Assembly: GCA_007127095.1 (NCBI GenBank)
Contig: SKZY01000185.1
Location: 1 to 60,625, forward strand
Source: Planctomycetaceae bacterium
GTDB taxonomy: Bacteria > Planctomycetota > Planctomycetia > Pirellulales > Pirellulaceae
Reading direction: 5' to 3'
DNA: 60,625 nt
Part shown: in pieces, positions 52,231 through 60,625 of the stretch
How the letters are laid out: each line of letters begins with the position of its first letter
Position numbering within the stretch: the first letter of the stretch is position 1
The notes under the pieces: generated by a model
Told to the model about the DNA's origin: nothing
Seen by the model: only the letters and a program-made list of their open reading frames with translations
Database searches by the model: none
Translations under genes and position numbers: made by a program

Positions 52231-55200
52231 ATGAAACACCGAAAACCGAAGCCAAAAGCCGAGCGATCCAGGGAGAGTGTGCGACGCCGACTCGGTCTGG
52301 AAACCCTCTGCGAGCGTCGAGTGTTGGCTGCGGTCAGCGGCGTCGTGTTCGATGATGTCGATTCCTCGTGGCGGCCAGACGCTGGCGAGACTGCCCTGAG
52401 CGACCGTCTGGTGTTCGTCGACGCGAACGATAACGGGTTACCCGATGACGGCGAGCCCTTCGCCCTGACCGACGTCGACGGCTCTTTCTCGTTGACCGAA
52501 CTCGGTGGCGACGAGCAGATCGTGCGGCTGTTCTCTGCCGCAGAATCTCAACGCCAACACTTCGTCGTCCGCCCCGAGATCGATCCCGACCCGATCGCGC
52601 TGTCGACCGCCGCCAACGGTGATGCGAGCTTTTCTCGCGACGGAAACTCGATCTTGCTGTTGACCGATGCGGCCGTGATCCTGGTCGACTTGGCCGAGCG
52701 ATCGACCGTCACAACCGACCTGGAGGCCACTCCCCGCGCCGCGGTCGCGCTCGACGATGACCGGTGGCTGATTTTGGCCAGCGACGATCAGGGGAATCAC
52801 GCGTTCCTACTCTCGGCTTCGGGTGAATTGCTGCCAACCGACCTGTTCGCCGACGACGAATCGGCGCTACCGCAAGGGTTCGACGGTTGGGCAGATCTGG
52901 TGATCGATCGCCAGGGCGACGGTCTGATTCTGCCGCGATCAGGTGACGAGGCTTCGGTTCCGCTGTATCGAATCTCGACCGCCGAATCGGGACAATCCTC
53001 GGCGGCAGCGACGGCTACCGAGGTGGTCCCGGGCGCCCAACTGTTCGCCGGCGAGATCACGTCAGTGATCGCCGAACCGCTCGGTGACGATGCGTTCGAT
53101 GTGACCCTTTGGAGCAACGCCACCGGCAGCCCGGTCGGCGACGGTGCGGTGACGATCGACGGCTCCCAAGCGGTACTCGGTTACAGCGATTCGCTGAATC
53201 TGCTGTTCGTCTCGCTCACATCGTCCGATTCCTCCCCCACGCCGCAGTCGATCCTGGTACTCGATGCCGCCGCCCAGTTCGCCCCTTTGATGACGATCGA
53301 TGGGCTCGACGACAGCGTGGCGATCGATCTCGGTCGCGGTGTCATCTTTTCTTATTCGACGACCGAAAATCGGCTGCGAGCGATCGACGCGATTTCGTCG
53401 CAAACGATCGCCGATTGGGACCTCGAATTGCCGGCGCCGGAGTTGTCCGAGCCAGCGCCGCGACTGCTGATCGCGCCCGGCGGTGATCAGCTGGTGATGC
53501 TGATGTCGACCGGAGTCGTTACCGTGCCGTTGCGGTCACCCGACGCCCACCGCATTCAGGTCGATGGCAGTCGTCCCTTGTACCCGTTGCGGTTTGCGGT
53601 TCGCGTCTCCGGCGATAATTCGCCGCCCCATTGGACCGAACCGCTCGAATTTACGGTCACTCAAGGCGATCCGTTGACGCTCGCCGAGGGTACGCTATTG
53701 TCCGCCGCGGGCGATGACGATGGCGACCCGTTTGTCGTTTTGAGAGCTTCCGATCCGCTCAACGGCCAGGCCAGCGTGACGCCCGGTGGAGCGATGTCGT
53801 ACGTTCCCGATCCAGAATTCATCGGCACCGATTCCTTTGAACTGCTGTTGCACGACGGTCGTGGCGTTTCGCTTCCTCAGTCGGTGCAAATCAACGTCAT
53901 CCCAGCCGTGGTTCCCGACCCCGTAATCGTCATCGAGCTCCAATCACTGCCCGAAAATGCTCCCGCCGGGTTCATCCTCGGCACCGTCGAAACGATCGGC
54001 CTGGGTGACGGTCCGGTGGTGATCCTGGTCGATGATCCGCGTTTCGAGGTCGTCGACCAACAGATCGTCGTTGTCGAGGGTGCCGTGTTCGACTCGGAAC
54101 AAGAATTCCAGATCTCGACCACCATCACGGCGTCGAACCAAGCCGGTGACCTTGCCGCCTCGTCGACCTTTACGATCGGAGTACTCGATCCAGTCGAGCC
54201 GATCGAAGACATCCAGCCGCGGTCGGCAGAGGTGCTTGAAAACGTTGCCGGAGAACGGATCGCCGAACTTTTTGTGATCGATCACGATAGTGAGCAAACG
54301 TTCAGCCTGACGGTTGATGACGATCGCTTCGAGATCGTCGATCGCAACCTTCAGCTCAAGCCGGGCGTCTCGCTCGATTATGAAGAATCGCCGACCGTGA
54401 TCGTCCACATCACGGCGACCGGCACGGTCGTCGGCGATACCTTGACTGTGCCTTTCGAAGTTTTTGTGATCGACCAGCCCGAACAGGCCGGCTCGATCAC
54501 GGCCGGCGATCTGAGTGTCACCGAATTTGTCTCGGGCGATGTTGCCGGAATGATTCGCGTCGACGGGAACCCGTTGCGCGATAGCTACATCGCCTCGGTC
54601 GACGATTCGCGGTTCGAAGTGGTCAACGGCGCATTGAAATTGAGAGCTGGCCATTACCTCGACCGCAGCGACCAGCAGGATGCGTTGGTGGTGGTCACCG
54701 TCCAAGATACTTTCCAGGTGTTCCCCGCGGTTTCGCAATCATTCCTGGTCGAGGTGTTGGCCAATGAGAACCCGTTTCACAACCCCGACAACCCGTTCGA
54801 TGTGAACGGTGACGGAGCGGTCACGCCACTCGACGCGCTGCTGATCCTCAACGCGTTGCAACAGAACGGCGGCGGCGGTCCGATCTCCCAATTCCCCCCG
54901 CCGGGACGCTATTGGGACGTCAACGGTGATGGCATGATCTCGCCGCTGGACGCCCTGTTGATCCTGAACTTCATCAACCAACAGAATCGCCCGCCCATCG
55001 TTGGCGAACCCGAAGTGTCGCCACCCCCGACCGAGCCGCCGATCGTCGATCCGCCCCCGCTCAGTCCGCCCGGTACCGACGAATCCCGAGTTGAACCGCC
55101 GCTGGCCGAAGCCGAATCCGACGTCGGGCTGTCTCCGCAAAGCACTTCACGGTCCGCCATCCCGCTGGCGGACGATGTCGACGCCTTCGCCGCCCAATTG

Positions 55201-55485
55201 GCACGTTCGGACGAATCGCCGACCGACGATCGACGCTCCTTTGCCGCTGCCGATTCCTTCCGACAAACGGACCTCGCAGCGGACCGTTGGCGACGCGAAT
55301 CGGCCCGGATGATCGACTCCTGGGCAACCGACCTGCAAACGCTCCGACGCCATCTGATCGCTAGATTGACCGAAAACGACTGGGACGCTTTAATCGCCCA
55401 GGCCGACAACCTCCGCCACGAGGGTCTGGCCAGAAACTGGTTGCCGCAGATCGAAGCCGCGTTGACGCGGCTCAATCGCCTCTAA
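52231..55485 (+). CDS. Giant extracellular protein with cadherin-like repeats and dockerin-type (EF-hand-like) repeats
   Basis: N-terminal RRRLGLETLCERRVLAA motif. At least 3 cadherin-like repeats end in DDPRFEVVD / DDDRFEIVD / DDSRFEVVN. One Cadherin_5-like module (DDDGDPFVVL...SYVPDPEFIGTDSF). Two dockerin repeats (DVNGDGAVTPLDALLILNAL, DVNGDGMISPLDALLILNFI). A Pro-rich linker precedes the tail. Confidence 0.8.
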   Translation: MKHRKPKPKAERSRESVRRRLGLETLCERRVLAAVSGVVFDDVDSSWRPDAGETALSDRLVFVDANDNGLPDDGEPFALTDVDGSFSLTELGGDEQIVRLFSAAESQRQHFVVRPEIDPDPIALSTAANGDASFSRDGNSILLLTDAAVILVDLAERSTVTTDLEATPRAAVALDDDRWLILASDDQGNHAFLLSASGELLPTDLFADDESALPQGFDGWADLVIDRQGDGLILPRSGDEASVPLYRISTAESGQSSAAATATEVVPGAQLFAGEITSVIAEPLGDDAFDVTLWSNATGSPVGDGAVTIDGSQAVLGYSDSLNLLFVSLTSSDSSPTPQSILVLDAAAQFAPLMTIDGLDDSVAIDLGRGVIFSYSTTENRLRAIDAISSQTIADWDLELPAPELSEPAPRLLIAPGGDQLVMLMSTGVVTVPLRSPDAHRIQVDGSRPLYPLRFAVRVSGDNSPPHWTEPLEFTVTQGDPLTLAEGTLLSAAGDDDGDPFVVLRASDPLNGQASVTPGGAMSYVPDPEFIGTDSFELLLHDGRGVSLPQSVQINVIPAVVPDPVIVIELQSLPENAPAGFILGTVETIGLGDGPVVILVDDPRFEVVDQQIVVVEGAVFDSEQEFQISTTITASNQAGDLAASSTFTIGVLDPVEPIEDIQPRSAEVLENVAGERIAELFVIDHDSEQTFSLTVDDDRFEIVDRNLQLKPGVSLDYEESPTVIVHITATGTVVGDTLTVPFEVFVIDQPEQAGSITAGDLSVTEFVSGDVAGMIRVDGNPLRDSYIASVDDSRFEVVNGALKLRAGHYLDRSDQQDALVVVTVQDTFQVFPAVSQSFLVEVLANENPFHNPDNPFDVNGDGAVTPLDALLILNALQQNGGGGPISQFPPPGRYWDVNGDGMISPLDALLILNFINQQNRPPIVGEPEVSPPPTEPPIVDPPPLSPPGTDESRVEPPLAEAESDVGLSPQSTSRSAIPLADDVDAFAAQLARSDESPTDDRRSFAAADSFRQTDLAADRWRRESARMIDSWATDLQTLRRHLIARLTENDWDALIAQADNLRHEGLARNWLPQIEAALTRLNRL

Positions 55486-58400
55486 GGAACGGAATTACCG
55501 AGCAAGGTGACCTCGACCTGGTGATCTTGACGATCGTCGTTCATGCGAATCGAATCGTCGGGTTGTTCGATACCGTCGATCAAAACTTTCTGTGTCGTCC
55601 ACCCCGGAGCGGGTTGTAAGACGGTGATATGGTAGACGGTTTCCCGGTACCGGTAGTGCAGCTTAAACGACTTCCAATCGGCCGGTAGGCACGGGGCGAA
55701 ACGGAGACGATCGACTTCAAGTTGCAAGCCCAGCAGCGACTCGATCATCAGTCGATACATCCAACTGGCCGATCCGGTATACCAAGTCCATCCGCCACGT
55801 CCGATGTGCGGAGCGACGGCGTATACGTCGGCGGCGACAACATACGGTTCGACCTTATATGTAGCGATTTGGCTAGGCGTCGAGCCGTGATGGATCGGAT
55901 GGATCATCGAGAATAATTCCCAGGCCCGGTGATGATCGCCCAATTCGGCGAATGCCATGACCGTCCAAATCGCCGCATGCGTGTACTGCCCACCGTTTTC
56001 GCGAACGCCGGGGACGTATCCTTTGATATAACCTGGATTCTGGTGCGATTTGTCGAATGGCGGGTCGAACAATTGGATCAGCGAACTGTTGCGGCGGACC
56101 AGTCGTTGATCGACTGCCTCCATCGCCCGGCGAATCCGTTCTGGACTTCCGGCCCCAGATAGTACCGACCAGCTTTGAGCGATCGAATCGATCTGGCATT
56201 CGGAACGGGTAGCCGAACCGAGCGGTTCACCATTGTCGAAATAGGCGCGTCGATACCAGTCACCATCCCAAGCATTCTGCTCGATGTTCTCTCGAAGTCG
56301 CTCCGCTTCACGGTGGCAACGTTCGGCAAACTCGTGATCGCCACGCGATTCCGCCAACGCAGAAAAGCGTTGTAGGTTCTCATATAAAAAGAAGGCCAGC
56401 CAGACACTCTCGCCTTGACCATCCTGACCGACAAGATTCATCCCGTCATTCCAGTCACCACACCCGATCAGTGGTAGTCCATTCCGGCCGAACGAAAGGC
56501 CATTGGTGATGGCCCGGACGCAGTGCTCGTAGAGCGATTCTGTCTCGGTCGACTTCGCCGGCAGATCGTAGTACGCCTCCTCACCCGCTTGAAGCTCTCG
56601 ACCCGACAGGAAGGGGACCAACTCATCCAGTATGCCCACGTCTCCGGTGGCCGTGACGTAGCGGCAAGTCACCAACGGCAGCCAGAGGAAATCGTCCGAG
56701 AAATGCGTGCGGACACCACGCCCTTGCGGTGGATGCCACCAGTGCTGAACATCGCCTTCGGAAAACTGACGCCCCGCGGACCGCAACAAATGCTCACGAA
56801 CCAGCTGTGGCTCGGCATGCACCAATGCCGCGACGTCTTGCAGTTGGTCGCGAAATCCGAACGCGCCACCCGATTGATAGTACCCAGTTCGTGCCCAATA
56901 ACGACACGCGAGCGTCTGGTAAAGCAGCCACCCGTTGGCCATGATGTTGACACTCGGATCAGGGGTTTCGACGTGGATCGCTCCCAACGTTCGATTCCAG
57001 CTGTTCCACACCGCGTCCAAAGCATTTCTGGCCGGCTCGACCCCTCGGAATCGTTGAACCAGTCGCCGAACCTCATCAGTATCATGGGCCGCGCCCATTG
57101 TGAAAACCACTTCGCGGTCCCGACCGTCGGGTAGCTCGAACGACGTCTGCATGGCCGCACAAGGATCCAGGCCTGCCCCAACCTTGCCTGACAGACGCGT
57201 ACGTCCCATCGCCACCGGCCGTCCCACCGCCCCATGGCGACCGAGAAACTCAGTCCGGTCTCCGGTCAGGCTACGAGAGGGATCGTTCACGTCCAAAAAC
57301 GCGATGCGGTCAGAAAACTCGATACTAAACGGGTTGCGGGCTAGCAACGCTCCACACCCCGGATCGACTTCGGTGACAACGTGCATCGATCCGCCGGTAC
57401 GCGACTCGCCGAGAACCCATTCACAATACGCGGTCGCCGAGAGTCTTCGTGACCGTCCCGACCGGTTGCGTATCTTAAGAACGGAAAACTTGATCGGCGC
57501 ATCGATCGCCACATAAACCCACAATTCAGACGAAATGCCGTTCTCGCAATGTTCGAAAACGCTGTATCCGAATCCATGCCGGCAGACATACGGCGATTGA
57601 CCTGAAACCGGCAACGGAGTCGGTGACCAATATTCACCACTCTCTTCGTCTCGCAGATACAACGCTTCGCCACTCTGATCACTGACCGGGTCGTTATACC
57701 AGGGCGTAAGGCGAAACTCGTGCGCATTTTCACTCCAACAATACGCTCCTCCACTTTCGGAAATGACAGTCCCGAAACCGGAATTGGCGATCACATTGAC
57801 CCACGGGGCGGGGGTCACCTGGCCGCGGCCGATCCGGATCACGTACTCACGGCCGTCAGCGGTGAAACCTCCCAGCCCGTTCCAGAAGACGAGGTCGTCG
57901 CGTAGCGACTCGCGGCTGGCGATGGTCTCGAAGCGATGACCGACGGGTACCAGTTTCGGAACCCTTAAATCGGGAGGCAGCCGCCGATCGAGTTGTTCAG
58001 ACAACGAACCTTCCGTATCGACGATCACCGCCCGGGCAACCGTTTGAAGCAACGTCCGATCATCGTCCGACATCTGCTCGGCTCGGCGGACGAAGACCCC
58101 TCCGGGATGGTCGAGTGTTTGAGCTTCGGGACCGGCGGAGATCAATCCGACGATCGCGTCTTGTAATATCTGTCGATAGCCCTCGGGCCCTTCGTTCCAG
58201 ATCACCAGGTCAACACCCAACCCCTTCAGTCTCCAAAAAGCATGAGCCTGAACGAGTTGCTGGACGATAAAAATATTGTCGTGGTCGCTGATCCGGACCA
58301 AGACGATTGGTAGGTCTCCCGAGATTCCGTGCCCCCACAGACCAGATTGGCCGAGCCGGTTTCGCTTCAAAATCGACGTGTTCGCTCGCAACGCCGGATT

Positions 58401-60625
58401 CGCATACACCACGGACCCCGCCAGTCGCCCGAACAGCTGGGCATCCGCTTCGCTGGCATTCAATTGACGAAGTACGACCTGAGCATGTGTCCAAGCCATG
58501 TCGAAAAGCCGGTCCGCGAGGTGTCGATCACGATACTTATCGATCAATTCCTCAGCCGATTCGCGTGTCTCCGCCACACCCGTGACCAGGTCCACGCTCA
58601 CCGTCTCATCAGGCATCAGCGTCAATTCGAGCCGGATGGCGACGATCGGATCGAGCACGGAACCGGCACTGTTGGAAAGCTTCCCGCGGCGACTCATCGC
58701 CTCCGGATTCGCCACCGAGCGACAGCGACCGACAAACTTCAACCTGTCGGTCTCGTAGGAGGTCTCTCCGGTCGTAGCTCCGACGACAGCGATCAGATGC
58801 AACATCCAAGGCGGCTTTTCTTGGTCCGACCGCGGGCGTCGCGTACACAAAATCGCCTGTCGTGAATCGAGAATTTCCGTCTGCACGAACAGATTGGAAA
58901 AGGCAGGGTGTGTCCGATCCGCCGCCGCCGGGGCGAGTACTACCTCGGCATAGCTCGTCAACTCGATCGTGCGAGGAAGGTGGGAATGATTCGTGAACGT
59001 GCTGCGACGAATCTCGATATCATCTTCCGGGGAGACCGCGATCTCGGTGTGGATCGCTATCTCACTGTCACTTCGTCGAAACTCGGCTCGAGCCTGTGAG
59101 AAGATCGCTTCATATCGCTTCGTTGCCCGCAAGGTCGGCTGGTGTGTCGTCGACCAAACCTCTTCACTCTCTAAGTCGCGGACATAGCAGAAGGAGCCAA
59201 AATTATCTCGCGTGGTGTCTTCCCGCCACCGTGTCACCGCGATCCCCTTCCAGGAACTATAGCCGCCGCCCGCACCTGTCACCATCACATGGTAGCGTCC
59301 GTTGGAGAGTAGGTGTACCTCCGGCACCGCTGTGTCAGGTGTCTTGTAGACCCGAAGCAATGTGACTCGCTCGTCGGACGGGGTGCGATCGCCTGTGACC
59401 TCGGCGGAATGCGGATAGATCGGAGCAAACTCTGGGATCCTTTCCTGCAATAAAAGCTCGGTGGCTTGAAGCTGCGGGTCCATCTGAAAACGACGCTGCA
59501 TCGGACGGCCCAACAGCAAGTACGCCAGTGACAGAAAACTCATTCCCTGATGGTGCGCCATGTACGACTGCACAACCGCACTAACCTGTCCCCGTGGTAC
59601 CCTAGACCGGGTAAAGTCGGCGGCCTCATAAAAACCGTAACGCCCCAGCCAGCCATAACCAGCCATCAACTGTAAATTCGCACAGGCCCGCTCCGGACTT
59701 ACCATTAAAGCCATGGCGGTGGCATATGGGGCAACCACCAAATCATCCACCAGTCCGCGTTTGAAGCCGAGTCCCGGGACGCCGAACGCCCGATACTGAA
59801 AGTTCAATTGGGCGTCGGTCAAATTGTAGCCCGATTCGGAGATTCCCCATGGGACACCTCGCTGGGCCCCATATTCGATATGCCTGTCGACAACCGCGTG
59901 ATACGTTTCATCGAGTAACGTATTCTCATAGGTCGGCATGACCAACAATGGCATCAAGTACTCGAACATCGATCCGCTCCAGGAGAGCAGGGTCGGACGC
60001 CCGTTGGATGTGGTCAGCAGACGCCCCAGTGCGAACCAATGTTCCTGATCCAAATGCCCCTGGGCGATCGCGACGAAACTTGCCAGACGTGCTTCGGAGG
60101 CCAAAAGGTCGTAAAAACTGGGGTCTCGGCGACGCTGACTGACGTTGAAACCGATGGCTAGCAGACGTCGCGACCGATCATACAGGAAATCATACTCGAC
60201 ATCAGCCAATTCTCCGCACTGCAACACCAGACGCTCGATAGCTACCATCCGCTGCCTGGCATGCTGGGCGGCAGTGCACAAGAGTTGACGCAGTTCGCTA
60301 ATCCAACGCTCGGTAGCGTCTGGGACACTCCCCACAGTCTCCTGGATGTTGTCGCCAGCTCGATGAACCCTCGGCAAAAAACGCTCGATATCGGCGATCT
60401 GCTTCATCGTCGCGGTCGCATTCAGTTCGCCGACTAGCCCCTCGAGTGCATCCACCACTTTTTCAGACTCACTGCTCGCTTCACCCATCGGCCCCACCGG
60501 GCGAGATGGGTGTGCCAACCAGGGAGCCATCCACGACAAATCCTCCAGATGATCGTCACATTGATTTTCCAGGTCTCGTAGCCATGTGAAAAGCTCAGGT
60601 TCGTCATGGTCAGGTGGACCGATCG
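55482..60625 (-). CDS. Cyclic beta-1,2-glucan synthase-like protein (GH94 phosphorylase-type C-terminal region); N-terminus lies beyond the right window edge
   Basis: The GH94/NdvB-like catalytic region is GVRENGGQYTHAAIWTVMAFAELGD...VEPYVVAADVYAVAPHIGRGGWTWYTGSASWMYR. The frame has no stop from 60539 to 60625 (…IGPPDHDEPELFTWLRDLENQCDDHLEDL-SWMAPW), so the track start (TTG at 60539) is an artefact. About 1714 aa are visible, against about 2800 aa for full-length NdvB/Cgs proteins. Confidence 0.85.
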   Translation of the reverse strand, partial: IGPPDHDEPELFTWLRDLENQCDDHLEDLSWMAPWLAHPSRPVGPMGEASSESEKVVDALEGLVGELNATATMKQIADIERFLPRVHRAGDNIQETVGSVPDATERWISELRQLLCTAAQHARQRMVAIERLVLQCGELADVEYDFLYDRSRRLLAIGFNVSQRRRDPSFYDLLASEARLASFVAIAQGHLDQEHWFALGRLLTTSNGRPTLLSWSGSMFEYLMPLLVMPTYENTLLDETYHAVVDRHIEYGAQRGVPWGISESGYNLTDAQLNFQYRAFGVPGLGFKRGLVDDLVVAPYATAMALMVSPERACANLQLMAGYGWLGRYGFYEAADFTRSRVPRGQVSAVVQSYMAHHQGMSFLSLAYLLLGRPMQRRFQMDPQLQATELLLQERIPEFAPIYPHSAEVTGDRTPSDERVTLLRVYKTPDTAVPEVHLLSNGRYHVMVTGAGGGYSSWKGIAVTRWREDTTRDNFGSFCYVRDLESEEVWSTTHQPTLRATKRYEAIFSQARAEFRRSDSEIAIHTEIAVSPEDDIEIRRSTFTNHSHLPRTIELTSYAEVVLAPAAADRTHPAFSNLFVQTEILDSRQAILCTRRPRSDQEKPPWMLHLIAVVGATTGETSYETDRLKFVGRCRSVANPEAMSRRGKLSNSAGSVLDPIVAIRLELTLMPDETVSVDLVTGVAETRESAEELIDKYRDRHLADRLFDMAWTHAQVVLRQLNASEADAQLFGRLAGSVVYANPALRANTSILKRNRLGQSGLWGHGISGDLPIVLVRISDHDNIFIVQQLVQAHAFWRLKGLGVDLVIWNEGPEGYRQILQDAIVGLISAGPEAQTLDHPGGVFVRRAEQMSDDDRTLLQTVARAVIVDTEGSLSEQLDRRLPPDLRVPKLVPVGHRFETIASRESLRDDLVFWNGLGGFTADGREYVIRIGRGQVTPAPWVNVIANSGFGTVISESGGAYCWSENAHEFRLTPWYNDPVSDQSGEALYLRDEESGEYWSPTPLPVSGQSPYVCRHGFGYSVFEHCENGISSELWVYVAIDAPIKFSVLKIRNRSGRSRRLSATAYCEWVLGESRTGGSMHVVTEVDPGCGALLARNPFSIEFSDRIAFLDVNDPSRSLTGDRTEFLGRHGAVGRPVAMGRTRLSGKVGAGLDPCAAMQTSFELPDGRDREVVFTMGAAHDTDEVRRLVQRFRGVEPARNALDAVWNSWNRTLGAIHVETPDPSVNIMANGWLLYQTLACRYWARTGYYQSGGAFGFRDQLQDVAALVHAEPQLVREHLLRSAGRQFSEGDVQHWWHPPQGRGVRTHFSDDFLWLPLVTCRYVTATGDVGILDELVPFLSGRELQAGEEAYYDLPAKSTETESLYEHCVRAITNGLSFGRNGLPLIGCGDWNDGMNLVGQDGQGESVWLAFFLYENLQRFSALAESRGDHEFAERCHREAERLRENIEQNAWDGDWYRRAYFDNGEPLGSATRSECQIDSIAQSWSVLSGAGSPERIRRAMEAVDQRLVRRNSSLIQLFDPPFDKSHQNPGYIKGYVPGVRENGGQYTHAAIWTVMAFAELGDHHRAWELFSMIHPIHHGSTPSQIATYKVEPYVVAADVYAVAPHIGRGGWTWYTGSASWMYRLMIESLLGLQLEVDRLRFAPCLPADWKSFKLHYRYRETVYHITVLQPAPGWTTQKVLIDGIEQPDDSIRMNDDRQDHQVEVTLLGNSVP

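Noticed and set aside
53944-54738. 264-aa minus-strand ORF inside the cadherin/dockerin gene
   Set aside because: It is antisense to clear cadherin-like repeats. It is Asp/Arg-rich because it mirrors the repeats.
60537-60539. TTG proposed by the track as the start of the glucan-synthase-like ORF
   Set aside because: My codon-by-codon reading of 60540-60625 on the minus strand finds no stop. The visible protein also lacks the N-terminal half expected for this family. The gene therefore continues beyond the window.
1-60625. tRNA, rRNA, transposase/integrase, prophage or toxin-antitoxin genes
   Set aside because: I looked in all intergenic gaps over 60 bp for T-loop-like GGTTCGAATCC-type motifs and rRNA-like segments. 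I also looked among ORFs for DDE/tyrosine-recombinase motifs. None was found by eye. An automated tRNAscan/Infernal run would be needed for certainty.

Overview
High-GC bacterial chromosomal segment. Hand counts of single 60-nt lines give about 60-67% GC in housekeeping genes. It is densely coding on both strands, with about 43 protein genes. I found no rRNA, tRNA, CRISPR array, transposase or integrase. The gene content points to Planctomycetota, probably Pirellulales-like; this is an inference. Supporting genes are a DUF1592(PSCyt)/DUF1552 pair, ThuA and PmoA-like (DUF6807) proteins, a CRTAC1/ASPIC + TPR pair, and a giant cadherin/dockerin protein with an N-terminal RRRLxLExLxxRxVLA motif. 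Housekeeping genes recognised: alaS, kdsB, aroD-aroE fusion, pyrD, rsmG, rnc, leuCD, proC. The first gene (1..1943, minus strand) is a TM-Ser/Thr kinase-receiver fusion. It is absent from the supplied ORF track because it runs off the left edge. The last gene, a cyclic beta-1,2-glucan synthase-like protein, is open to the right edge. Many track ORFs are N-terminally over-extended or are antisense shadow ORFs typical of high-GC DNA, and the track also translates TTG/GTG starts as M. Candidates most worth follow-up: (a) a translationally coupled redoxin / 880-aa unknown bitopic membrane protein / ABC-2-type ATPase module with no permease gene (17097..21393); (b) a low-GC single-gene islet encoding a GIY-YIG nuclease with an unknown C-terminal domain (14523..15438); (c) a HemN-like radical SAM gene coupled to a GcvH-like carrier gene (9266..11064); (d) a tri-domain beta-lactamase-like / PG-binding / DD-carboxypeptidase fusion (45853..47979); (e) a response regulator with Glu at the phospho-acceptor position, abutting kdsB; (f) intergenic repeat and hairpin elements that share a GGCCCCACAAC core. 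All functional calls come from motif recognition by eye. No database search was run.
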